Under the pieces are notes generated by a model that saw only the letters and a program-made list of their open reading frames with translations, searched no databases and was not told the DNA's origin. A stretch of DNA of 64,000 nt from Candidatus Poribacteria bacterium. Lineage in GTDB: Bacteria; Poribacteria; WGA-4E; WGA-3G. Shown piece by piece: positions 49,551 through 58,926 of this stretch. Where the stretch lies: contig OZ251518.1 of assembly GCA_965242965.1 (NCBI GenBank), forward strand, positions 32,001 through 96,000, in the 5' to 3' direction. The position numbers were made by a program, and so were the translations under genes. Numbering within the stretch: the first letter of the stretch is position 1; each line of letters starts with the position of its first letter.

Positions 49551-49964
49551 CTAGTCTTCAGCGAGGGAGTTTGTCAAAGCTAATTCCACTTTGACCCAGT
49601 CTCCCCCGAATGGTTCCCTATTATACAACGAGATCGTGCGGCTGACAGGGTGACCTCCTCGAGGAACTCTGAAACTGATAGTCTTATCATCCGCAAGATC
49701 TTCAGTATTTTCAGACGTTCCCTCATAAAATCGCACTGCGACCTCCATATTAACATGGCCATCGTCAACTAAGCGTCCGGTCATGTCAACTTCAACGCGG
49801 CACTCATCACCCCATCTGACGTGTGGGATATCAAAGTTATCAATAGGGTTGCTACCATCAAAAATTCTTTCTCTCTTATAGGCGCGATGAACGGGCACAT
49901 CTTTTTTGTACCATTCATCATCGATGCCTGTGATAATAATCGTGGCAAAAACGCGTCTTGCCAT
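49551..49964 (-). CDS. Hypothetical protein (137 aa, beta-rich)
   Basis: AAGGAG RBS and a clean ORF; family not recognised. Confidence 0.65.
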   Translation of the reverse strand: MARRVFATIIITGIDDEWYKKDVPVHRAYKRERIFDGSNPIDNFDIPHVRWGDECRVEVDMTGRLVDDGHVNMEVAVRFYEGTSENTEDLADDKTISFRVPRGGHPVSRTISLYNREPFGGDWVKVELALTNSLAED

Positions 49965-50345
49965 TTTATGGCTCCTTCTTTAATTTGTTTGGTAGAACAC
50001 AGATGTCCCACCTACTTATGGGTGCTTAATTTGAGAAACTAAGCAGGATTCAGGTTAAAGACACCTGCCACTATCCGGACACTATTCCAACACTACCATC
50101 CCCTCCATTTGCCGCCATCAAGAATAGACAGCGACAGAAATCCGCACCACCAAACGCGGCGCACGGAAATCTCGTATGGACAAACAGGGAGAATAACAAG
50201 GGAAACGGGTGCAACGGGAAATATGGCAGGGAAATGCATCGGGCCAGTCCCGATGCAACGAAAGTAACCCGCCACGCAAGAATGCGTGCGGGGTCAAAGA
50301 CAACAGGACGACAAAAGTCGCCGCTGTCAAGTGAATAAGATTTGC

Positions 50346-50519
50346 TTAACGCCTGTGGGTGTCGGGGGGGGTCGAGCCTCCCCTCTGGACATTAAGCCGA
50401 ACGGGAACTCGTGACGGCGCGACAACGGGCATAGACGCACGGCAAACGTGCATCTCTCGGTGCCCAAGCAGGTCTACGGTGACCTCGGTAGCAATGGAAA
50501 AATCAATTCGCTGGTTCAC
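50346..50519 (-). CDS. Putative small ORF/leader peptide (57 aa)
   Basis: GAGGA RBS plus GTG, directly downstream of the tandem promoters. Confidence 0.3.
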   Translation of the reverse strand: MNQRIDFSIATEVTVDLLGHREMHVCRASMPVVAPSRVPVRLNVQRGGSTPPDTHRR

Positions 50520-50591
50520 GGTATCGTTCCTCTGTTCGGTTTCGGTTTCGCGGTGGCGCATTTTTTCGCGCGTATCACCGCGTTTGCATTA

Positions 50592-50766
50592 ATGATACAC
50601 GAACATGCAATAAATGTCAAACATTTTTTTGCGAAAAATCGTGGAAATGTTGACAATTAACCACATTCTACATGAATTTCGGTTTTTTGTCAACGTTTTT
50701 CTGCGGAAAATCGTGAAAAATGTTTAAAACTGATTTTATTTTAGCAAATGTCACGTTTTTTGTCAA
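50592..50766 (-). promoter_or_regulatory. Three tandem sigma70 promoters, 73-bp period
   Basis: TTGACA-17-TAAAAT (50766-50738), TTGACA-17-TAGAAT (50693-50665) and TTGACA-17-TATCAT (50620-50592). Confidence 0.82.
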
Positions 50767-50794
50767 GGTTATTGCGCGAAAAAAAACGCTGCTG

Positions 50795-51480
50795 CTACCG
50801 TAGCGTGGGGGCCTGTCCCCCGCGATGCTAATTGTCTGAAGCAGGATTTCCAAGATTAGCAGGATTTGCAGGATGAAGAGTTGTTCGCCTTGACACGTCT
50901 ATGGGGACATCAAAGAATGCTCTTCAGGTCCGTAGGACCTGCATGTCTATAGAAAAGTAGATCTGCCACCGTTTTCAAGGTCCGTTAGGACCTTAATGGA
51001 AATGGCACAAGCGAGTCAAAGCACATTAAGGTCCTACAGACCTTAGGTTCATCGTGATGCGAGGTGCTATAGACATTAAGGTCTTACAGACCTAAAGAAA
51101 CATTTCGGCGCAATACCCGCCTAATCCTGAAAATCTTGAAAATCTTGTAAATCCTGCTCCAGACCGAGGCACGGCGAGGGACAGGCCCTCGCCCTACGGT
51201 GGCAGGAGAATTTTGGCACGGCGAGGGAAACCCGCTCGCATGCGCGTGTGGCATGCGAGGGCCCAAGCCCTACGGTTCGACGGCGCGGTTTGGATAGCCA
51301 CGAAATAAAAAGCATATTAAGGTCCTACAGACCTTAGCCATCTTCGCATCACATTGCTCTATAGACATTAAGGTCCTACAGCCCTAAAGAGACGTTTCGG
51401 CGCGATACCCTCCTAATCTTGCTAATCTTGTAAATCTTGGAAATCCTGCTCATATCTTGCCTAATCTTGTAAATCCTACT
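50795..51480. repeat. Large REP and 9-mer mosaic cluster
   Basis: Shares a ~300-bp segment with 45394-45690 and another segment with 80-230. Confidence 0.9.
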
Positions 51481-51485
51481 CGGTG

Positions 51486-52415
51486 TTATTCCCGCTCTGG
51501 ATACGGCTTTCCTAATGCAGCAGGTGCCTCCGCGCGGCCGACGAAGCCCGCCAGCACCGCTAAGCAAAGCACGTAAGGCAACATCAATAGCACTTGATGT
51601 GGAATGCCCCAGCCGAAGGCCTGAAATCGGACATCCAGCGCGCCGCCGAGTCCAAAAAGCAACGCCGCCCCACACGCTTTCACCGGATGCCACTTCCCAA
51701 AGATGACTATCGCTAACGCAATAAACCCGCGTCCTACCGTCATGTTCGGCGTGAAATAGGGGACATCCGCCAGCGAGAGGTACCCACCGCCGATGCCTGC
51801 CATCGCACCGGCAAATAAGAGGCACGCCGTGCGCAGCAGCGGGACGTTCGTGCCAACCGCCGCTACTGCCTCTGGATGCTCGCCGCACGCACGAATGTGA
51901 AGCCCCGGGCGTGTGTGGTAGATGAAAAAGGTGACGCACGGCACCAGCAGGAACGTTAGAAACACTAAGATATTATGCGAAAAGAATGCCCGTCCAAAAA
52001 AAGGTATCTGCGAAAGGAACGGGATTGCTAAAGGCTGGAACGAGGGCACCCGCAGCGCGCTGCCTGTCACGCCGAAGAGGCGTTGATAAAGCACTTCGGT
52101 TAAGCCCAAGGCGAGCAGTGTGATGGCAGTGCCGATAATCACCTGGTCTCCTCGCAATCGGATGGCGAAGAGCGCGAAGAGCGCGGCGGTGCAAACACCA
52201 GCGATGCCAGCCAGCAGTAGCCCACACCCCGGCGCGAGGAACGGAACCTGCGCCGTGTAGAAAGAACCTACCATGCCGAAAAACGCACCCATCAGCATCA
52301 TGCCTTCAATGCCGATGTTGATGATGCCTGCGCGTTGCGATACGACTTCGCCTAACGCGGCGAGCAGCAGCGGTGTCGCGCCTCGAACCGTTGCGGAGAA
52401 CGTCTCTTCAAACAT
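51486..52415 (-). CDS. ABC transporter permease (nucleoside/simple-sugar type)
   Basis: GIINIGIEG, RACGE.P.A and GRGFIALA motifs. Confidence 0.92.
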   Translation of the reverse strand: MFEETFSATVRGATPLLLAALGEVVSQRAGIINIGIEGMMLMGAFFGMVGSFYTAQVPFLAPGCGLLLAGIAGVCTAALFALFAIRLRGDQVIIGTAITLLALGLTEVLYQRLFGVTGSALRVPSFQPLAIPFLSQIPFFGRAFFSHNILVFLTFLLVPCVTFFIYHTRPGLHIRACGEHPEAVAAVGTNVPLLRTACLLFAGAMAGIGGGYLSLADVPYFTPNMTVGRGFIALAIVIFGKWHPVKACGAALLFGLGGALDVRFQAFGWGIPHQVLLMLPYVLCLAVLAGFVGRAEAPAALGKPYPERE

Positions 52416-52451
52416 TTTTACCTCACATGCATCGAGACCGGGAGGTCTCGC

Positions 52452-53534
52452 CTACCTGCAATTTTCTGTTTCCTCCGGTAGGCGCGGTTTGAAACCGCGC
52501 TTTCGGAAAGTGTTGTCCTTCAAGAATTTCGCGGAACCGTAACCGAGCACAGCCAGCAGAATCGTCGCCTGCATGACAAGCGTTACCTTATCCGAAATGC
52601 CGACACCGCGTTGCATCGCATACGAACCTGTCGTGAGCGCGCCGAAAAGGAGTGCCGCCGCCATTGTGACTAGCGGATGCAACTTCGCTAGCAACGCCAC
52701 CGCAATCGCCGTGTAGCCGTAGCCGGGTGAGAAGTTGAGGAATAATCGGCGCGTCAGAGCCATTAGTTCTATCGCACCGCCGAGTCCTGCTAAGACACCG
52801 CTGATAAAAAAGACGCGGAACGTGTTATGCACAATGGAGATACCCGCCGCCTCCGCTGCCGCTGCCCCCGCGCCAACAGCACGCAGTTGATATCCAAATG
52901 TCGTCCGAAAAAGGACGAATGTGAGAATAATCGCCAAAACAATCGCGATGACGATGCCGAGATGGATGCGGTGAGGTGGAAACAGCCTCGGCAGAAATAC
53001 CCACTCGACGAGCCTGTCACTTTGCGGGCCACGCTGCGATACCTCCTGTAATGGCCCGCTGTCTACCATGAAACTGACGAGGTAGATGGCAACGTAGTTG
53101 AGCATAATCGTGCTAATGACTTCGTTTACACCGCGCGTTATCTTGAGGAACGCGGGAATCAGGGCCCAGATGCCACCTGCCAGTGCTGCGAAACAGAGAC
53201 ACAACGGCACGGCTATCCACGGTGTCGCGGGAAAAAACGGCGCGAGTTTCGTGCCGAACCATGTCGCCGCTAACGCGCCCATCAAAAACTGTCCCTCCGC
53301 GCCGATGTTCCATATCCCGCACCGGAAAGCGACAGCGACAGAAAGCCCTGCCATCAAAAACGGCGTGCTTTTCACCAGCGTCTCCCCTAATTTCCTGCCG
53401 TTGCCGAACGCGCCGCCGACTGCCGCCGCGTAAGCCTCTAGCGGATTATAGCCGCACACGAGCATGATGATGCCGTTCGTCGCAAACGCGCTGATGAGAA
53501 TGAGCGCGGGCATCCCGAGCCAACGTTTTATCAC
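52452..53534 (-). CDS. ABC transporter permease (nucleoside/simple-sugar type)
   Basis: NIGAEGQ, NEVISTIMLNY and GYGYTAIAVALL motifs. Confidence 0.92.
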   Translation of the reverse strand: MIKRWLGMPALILISAFATNGIIMLVCGYNPLEAYAAAVGGAFGNGRKLGETLVKSTPFLMAGLSVAVAFRCGIWNIGAEGQFLMGALAATWFGTKLAPFFPATPWIAVPLCLCFAALAGGIWALIPAFLKITRGVNEVISTIMLNYVAIYLVSFMVDSGPLQEVSQRGPQSDRLVEWVFLPRLFPPHRIHLGIVIAIVLAIILTFVLFRTTFGYQLRAVGAGAAAAEAAGISIVHNTFRVFFISGVLAGLGGAIELMALTRRLFLNFSPGYGYTAIAVALLAKLHPLVTMAAALLFGALTTGSYAMQRGVGISDKVTLVMQATILLAVLGYGSAKFLKDNTFRKRGFKPRLPEETENCR

Positions 53535-55066
53535 GTGCTCCCTCCAGTCATTAACAAGCCTAATGCCTCAATGTCGTTCCGATGCGCCGTCGCTTCATGG
53601 AGTTGCCCTTTTGACATGACATAGAGCCTGTCGCTCAGTTGCAAGACTTCGTCTAATTCGGTGGAGATAAGCAGCACCGATTTGCCGCGGTTGCGCTGTG
53701 TTAGTAGATTCTGATGCACATAACGGGCGGCACTGATATCCAAGCCACGCGTCGGATTCACTGCGATGAGCAGTTCCGGTTCCGGTTCCATCTCTCGCGC
53801 GAGGACAACCTTCTGTTGATTGCCGCCGGATAGCGCGCCCGCGTCCAATTGAGGGTTAGGCGGACGGATATCGTAGGCATCTATCAGTTGTGCAACTGTC
53901 TCCCGCCGCTTTTTCTGTGGCAGAAGCCAACCGTATTGTTTGAGGTGTAGCACACTCAATTCAAGATTCTCCGCTACCGAAAACGATGGAATAAGCCCAA
54001 GCGTTTGTCTATCTTCCGGAATATAGCCGACACCGAGCAGGCGCGTCGACTTTGTGCCACGGGGTGCCTTGCCGAGGATTTCTATCGTGCTAGCGTCGCT
54101 TGCCGCTCGCAACCCCATAATCGCCTCGGCGAGTTCACGTTGCCCGTTACCGTCAACCCCCGCTACCCCAACGATTTCACCGCGATGTGTCGTCAGTGAG
54201 ACATCCGACACCGCGAGTTCATCACGACTGCCACGCACACTCAGCTCAGAAACGTGGAGCACCTTTTCCTGCGCGGGGCTTCGTTCCTCTCGCACCACTT
54301 CTCTCACCTCCTTGCCGAGCATCTCTCTGGCGAGCTCGCGAGCGGTTAGTTCCCCGGTGCATCCTTCATAAACTTTTTTGCCGCGCCTTAAGACGGTAAT
54401 CCTATCGCTAATCTGTAACACCTCGTTCATCTTATGGCTGATGAAGAGGATAGAACGGTTATCCGCCTGCAAGTTGCGCAGAATGGTAAAGAAACTGTCT
54501 ACTTCCTGCGGACTCAGCACCGCCGTCGGTTCATCAAGGATGAGGATGCGCGCATCACCGGCGAGTGCCTTGAGGATTTCAACGCGCTGTTTTAACCCAA
54601 CTGACAACGTTCGGACGAGGGCATTTGCGTCAACGGCGAGACCAAACTTATCAGAAAGTGCCGCTGTCGTTTTCACGGCATCGGCTTTTTTGAAGCGAAA
54701 TCCTTGAGTCCGTGGCGCGAGTGCCTGTCCCTCGCGAACCTTCCGATGCGCGGCACTCAGCGCGATATTCTCGGCGACGGTGAGGTTCTCAATCAACATG
54801 AAATGTTGATGCACCATGCCGATGCCGTTGGCGATGGCATCGCGCGGCGTTTTGAAGTTTTTCCGCTCATGCCTAACGCAGATGCTCCCTGATGTCGGTT
54901 GATACAAACCGTAGATGAGGTGCATCAATGTCGATTTGCCCGCGCCGTTTTCGCCTAAAATGGCGTGGATTTCCCCTTCCTTGAGGGTGAAATCGACGTT
55001 ATCCACGGCGACAAGGTTTCCAAAGGCTTTGGTGATGTTGCGGAGTTCTAAGATGTTTTCTGCCAC
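53531..55066 (-). CDS. ABC transporter ATP-binding protein (duplicated NBD)
   Basis: GENGAGKST, LDEPT, LSGGNQQK and PTRGLD motifs. Confidence 0.95.
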   Translation of the reverse strand: MAENILELRNITKAFGNLVAVDNVDFTLKEGEIHAILGENGAGKSTLMHLIYGLYQPTSGSICVRHERKNFKTPRDAIANGIGMVHQHFMLIENLTVAENIALSAAHRKVREGQALAPRTQGFRFKKADAVKTTAALSDKFGLAVDANALVRTLSVGLKQRVEILKALAGDARILILDEPTAVLSPQEVDSFFTILRNLQADNRSILFISHKMNEVLQISDRITVLRRGKKVYEGCTGELTARELAREMLGKEVREVVREERSPAQEKVLHVSELSVRGSRDELAVSDVSLTTHRGEIVGVAGVDGNGQRELAEAIMGLRAASDASTIEILGKAPRGTKSTRLLGVGYIPEDRQTLGLIPSFSVAENLELSVLHLKQYGWLLPQKKRRETVAQLIDAYDIRPPNPQLDAGALSGGNQQKVVLAREMEPEPELLIAVNPTRGLDISAARYVHQNLLTQRNRGKSVLLISTELDEVLQLSDRLYVMSKGQLHEATAHRNDIEALGLLMTGGST

Positions 55067-55908
55067 CGGACCGCGTGTGCCTCCGTTAATTCGCCATCAT
55101 ACGCAACAACGCGCAGCGAGAGTTTCCATGATTCTCCCGCCGGTGTGGAGAGAGTTGCTCTCCAGGTCGGATTATAGAGTGCCATGCCGTAATCGCGGAT
55201 GAACCACGGACCGCGGGCACGCTCATCCACTGGGAGAATCGTCATGAAAACACCAAAATGCCCATGGCCGAACAGACGGTTTTGATAGGCGACGAAATCG
55301 GAGTCGGCTTCATGGACGACATCGGCGTTCCCGACGCGGTTATTATCACCGATGACTACGCCGCCCATGACTGGCAGAAGCCTCGGTTCAACGCGGATGC
55401 CGATACTGCCGAATTTCGTCTGTGGATAGGTGACAGCACCGTAGTTAGCAATTTTCTCGCTCGTCACATCGCAGATTGTCGCGTCTGGCAGACTCCAGAG
55501 GTTCACCGTCCGGATTTCGTCAATTAGCGGTTCTTCGTTCGCGTCGCGCCAAATCACCTTCTGGACGAATCTCACGCCATCTGCATGCGGCGTGATGTCC
55601 ACCTCTTTTTGGGTATCCATCCGCCCCATGTTGGCGAAGACTTTATCGGTGAAGGAACGTTGCGGCGGAGCGGCCCAAAAGCCCGCTTCTCGTTCGCCGA
55701 CATGAACCGGACCTTGGCCAACGAAAACGCCGTTGTGAAACGGATGATCGAAGGCGAATTCTTGAACGACGGTATGTCCCGCCGGCGTGTAAAGTGGAAA
55801 GACGAAGGGCCGATAAAAGTTAGCACCTACGCCGCCGAGGCAGCGGCCGCTCTCTTTCTCCACAACGAGGTGGGTTTTGGCGTTGATTTTGACTTCAAAG
55901 TTGCTCAT
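55048..55908 (-). CDS. DUF6807/'PmoA family'-like hypothetical protein
   Basis: RPF.FPL.TP.G..V...DHP.H.G motif; ATG 55908 preferred. Confidence 0.6.
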   Translation of the reverse strand: MSNFEVKINAKTHLVVEKESGRCLGGVGANFYRPFVFPLYTPAGHTVVQEFAFDHPFHNGVFVGQGPVHVGEREAGFWAAPPQRSFTDKVFANMGRMDTQKEVDITPHADGVRFVQKVIWRDANEEPLIDEIRTVNLWSLPDATICDVTSEKIANYGAVTYPQTKFGSIGIRVEPRLLPVMGGVVIGDNNRVGNADVVHEADSDFVAYQNRLFGHGHFGVFMTILPVDERARGPWFIRDYGMALYNPTWRATLSTPAGESWKLSLRVVAYDGELTEAHAVRWQKTS

Positions 55909-58024
55909 GATTTTCCAAATGAATGATTTTCTCGAAATCCCAAAGGAGGACTGTGCCATCCGAACTCCCGCTAGCAAGCGTTTTGCCATCGGGAGAAAAT
56001 ACCAAAGACCGGAGCCATCGCGTATGTCCTGTCTGTGTGGACAAAAGATGCCCGGTCTGGGGATTCCAGAACTGTAGAATTCCGTGCCGAGTTCCGTTCA
56101 CCAAGATACCGCTATCTGGTGAAAAGGCGAGATCTCCAGCTGTTTTGTGCTGTTCTCGTTTCAGCACACTGATTCTGTCACCGGTGGCGGCATCCCATAC
56201 ATAGCACTGCCTTTCACTCGCACTCGCAAGCATTTTGTTGTCCGGCGAAAATGCCAATGACAAAACGGGATGCTGATGTTGTGTGAGCGTCCGAATTGCA
56301 CTGCCAGTGTCCACATTCCACAAGCAGACCTTGGAATCCCCTCCGCTACTTGCAACCGTTTTTCCATCTGGTGAGAATGTCAATGTGATAACCCTACCAG
56401 CGTGTGCTTTAAGCGTGATGTGGGGCTCGATCTTCGCCGCGGTAGCAGGAAAGAGTTGTTTAATCGCAGATTTTGGACGGTGCGGAACTTCCCACAATCG
56501 CAGGCGGCCAGTCTTATCGCCGCTCGCGAGGATGTTCCCCTCCGGCGAAAATGCGAATTTGACATTTAAATCATTCTTTCGATGCACTGAGGCTAAAACG
56601 GCCTCGGAGCGGTCCCGGTGCAGATTCCATAAATGGAATGTCCTATTTCTGTCTTCAGCGGCAAGAGTTGTGCCATCCGGTGAAATTGCCTCGGCTGCAA
56701 GAATCTTGAGGGAGTGCATCGACAGGTGGCTTCCGGTGCGGGAATCCCAGTGTCGATGTTGGATAATTCCGCGAGTAGTCCAGCTAGGCCGATTCACACT
56801 AGCGACAGTTCTTCCATCTTGAGAGAAAAATATTCCTTCAATTGGCCCCATAAACTCCGAGCAAGTGAACTGTTGGCTACCGGTGAGAGTATCCCATGCG
56901 CGGACTGTGCCATCGTGACTGCCACTGATGAGCGTTTTCCCATCCGGCGAAAATGCCAAATTCGTCACCTTGGCGTTATGCCCATTAAGGACGAGCGATG
57001 GCATATACTGCCCAACAGCGTCCCACCACTTTTCCTCCGTTTTGGTAGCATTCCATAGGTAAATAGTGCCATTTAAACTCCCGCTTGCGAGAAAGTTGCC
57101 GTTTGGTGAAAAGGCTAAGGCGTGGTGCCCACCACCAGCAGGAAGCTTGAAGGTTGCCAGCCGCTCACCGCCTTTCACATCCCACAAAAAGATAGTTTTG
57201 GATTCATCGCCGCTCGCAAGTGTCTTGCCATCGGGTGAAAAAACAAGGGACCGGATCCAGCTCGTATGCTCGGTTAAGTTAGACGTGAGGTTCCCTGTCC
57301 GCGTATCCCACACCTGAATCGGAAACCTTCGGTTCCGCCGATAGACACCCCGTGCCGCTGTGGCAAGAACCGACGCGCCGGGAGAGAGTTCCATCAAAGG
57401 CTCAAGGGGTTTTTTATCTCTCTTGAGAGGAACAGTTTTACGTGCGCCTCTGCCTTTCTCCCATTCGTGAAGTTTCCAGTTACGCAGTGCCAAGAGCAGT
57501 TTCGTTCCGGCATTTGAGAAAACGAGGGATTCAACGCGTCCGGCAATTGGAATCGTTTCAAGAAGTTCGCCAGTTTCTACATGCCCCGGCTCTACATGCC
57601 AAATTCGCAATTCCGAGCCTTCGTCTCCGCTGGCGAGTGTGCTGCCATCTGGCGAAAAAGCGATAGCACTAACCCTCTTTTGATGTCCTATCCACAGCGC
57701 GAGTTCTGTTCCAGTTTGCGCGTCGTAGAGCCAAATTCCGATAGAGGTCGCTACTGCAAAACGGCTGCCATCGGGCGCGAACTTGATGTCGGTTATTTCG
57801 CCTTTACCGAGGCGTGCGGTGGCACCTTCCGGCAAACCCCATCGGATATACGCGGGCGCGGCAACCTCCGGATACGGTTCTTGTCGTTCCGATTTATTTG
57901 CTGCTTCGTCTACGTTGTCTACGTTCCGAGTGGATATCACCCACCGTGCGCACACGGCAAGCAGCAGAACGGAACCGCAAAATAACAGCAGTATCAGTAG
58001 CATGCGATGTGATGTTTTCATCAT
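55895..58024 (-). CDS. Membrane-anchored WD40-repeat protein
   Basis: N-terminal TM, WGLPEGA.ARLGKG and about 13 FSPDG..LAS repeats. Confidence 0.9.
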   Translation of the reverse strand: MMKTSHRMLLILLLFCGSVLLLAVCARWVISTRNVDNVDEAANKSERQEPYPEVAAPAYIRWGLPEGATARLGKGEITDIKFAPDGSRFAVATSIGIWLYDAQTGTELALWIGHQKRVSAIAFSPDGSTLASGDEGSELRIWHVEPGHVETGELLETIPIAGRVESLVFSNAGTKLLLALRNWKLHEWEKGRGARKTVPLKRDKKPLEPLMELSPGASVLATAARGVYRRNRRFPIQVWDTRTGNLTSNLTEHTSWIRSLVFSPDGKTLASGDESKTIFLWDVKGGERLATFKLPAGGGHHALAFSPNGNFLASGSLNGTIYLWNATKTEEKWWDAVGQYMPSLVLNGHNAKVTNLAFSPDGKTLISGSHDGTVRAWDTLTGSQQFTCSEFMGPIEGIFFSQDGRTVASVNRPSWTTRGIIQHRHWDSRTGSHLSMHSLKILAAEAISPDGTTLAAEDRNRTFHLWNLHRDRSEAVLASVHRKNDLNVKFAFSPEGNILASGDKTGRLRLWEVPHRPKSAIKQLFPATAAKIEPHITLKAHAGRVITLTFSPDGKTVASSGGDSKVCLWNVDTGSAIRTLTQHQHPVLSLAFSPDNKMLASASERQCYVWDAATGDRISVLKREQHKTAGDLAFSPDSGILVNGTRHGILQFWNPQTGHLLSTQTGHTRWLRSLVFSPDGKTLASGSSDGTVLLWDFEKIIHLENHEQL

Positions 58025-58058
58025 GGCCCCTCACAAATCGGCAGAACTTGGTATTATT

Positions 58059-58316
58059 GAGGGTGTTTCATAAATCGCTCAACGTCGCGGGGGAAACCCG
58101 CTCGGATGCGCATGTGGCATCCGAGGGCCCCGCGCTACGGTGAAAAAAACGTCTCCCCATCACGTAGGGCGGGGGCCTGTCCCCCGCCATCGCTCGCGCG
58201 CCAGGCCCTGTAAGTCAGGATCGCCCGATCCTGACCCGTTCGGGAGCGGGTGCTCCCGAACTACAGAACGGGGCCTGATGCGCCCCCCAAGGGGGGTAAA
58301 TTTATGAAACCCCCTC
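58059..58316. mobile_element. MITE-like element with TIRs and decayed 13-bp TSD
   Basis: GAGGGTGTTTCATAAAT...ATTTATGAAACCCCCTC; flanks ACTTGGTATTATT vs ATTTAGTATTATT. Confidence 0.78.
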
Positions 58317-58324
58317 ATTTAGTA

Positions 58325-58786
58325 TTATTGCGGATGCAGGACAGCCTCATCAATTCGCCGATAGACGTGAAGTTCGTCTGGTGCGAACAAGATGCCTAAT
58401 TCGCGCCGGGCGTTCTCTGGAGAATCGGATGCATGCACGACGTTGTGCGTCACATTGAGCGAAAAATCGCCACGGATGCTCCCGGGTTGCGCTGCGAGCG
58501 GGTCTGTCGCGCCGTTGAGGGTGCGGACTAACTCTATGGCATTCCGTCCCTCTACGGCAAGCGCGACAATCGGTGCCGAGGTCACGAATTGGATGAGCGT
58601 CTCATAAAACGGCTTGCCGCCATGATGCACGGCGTAAAGTGCCGCTGCTGTCGTGGGTGAAAGTTGCATCATCTTCATGCCGACGAGCTTGAGCCCTTTG
58701 CGTTCATATCGCGCAATAATTTCCCCGATGAGGCGGCGTTGAACGCCATCGGGTTTGATTAAAATCAGTGTTTGTTCTGTCTCCAT
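58325..58786 (-). CDS. ndk: Nucleoside diphosphate kinase
   Basis: IKPDGVQR, GATDP..A.PGSIRGDF and NVVHASDS motifs. Confidence 0.96.
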   Translation of the reverse strand: METEQTLILIKPDGVQRRLIGEIIARYERKGLKLVGMKMMQLSPTTAAALYAVHHGGKPFYETLIQFVTSAPIVALAVEGRNAIELVRTLNGATDPLAAQPGSIRGDFSLNVTHNVVHASDSPENARRELGILFAPDELHVYRRIDEAVLHPQ

Positions 58787-58853
58787 TGCCTCTCCTATTT
58801 CTTAGCGGTTGTTTGAGGTAGTCTTATCTCCAAAAGTTTTTCTTCAGTCTGGC

Positions 58854-58901
58854 TTGACATGAAGTCGTTTTAAGTATATCATATTTTGTAGGATTTGCCA
58901 A
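58854..58901. promoter_or_regulatory. Overlapping divergent sigma70 promoters (ndk / GNAT)
   Basis: + strand TTGACA-17-TATCAT (58854-58882); - strand TTGGCA-17-TATACT (58901-58873). Confidence 0.68.
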
Positions 58902-58926
58902 ATTTATTTTTTTACGAGGCGGAACG

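Noticed and set aside
55048-55908. 'PmoA family' label suggesting methane oxidation
   Set aside because: Soluble protein without multi-TM pMMO features or pmoB/pmoC neighbours
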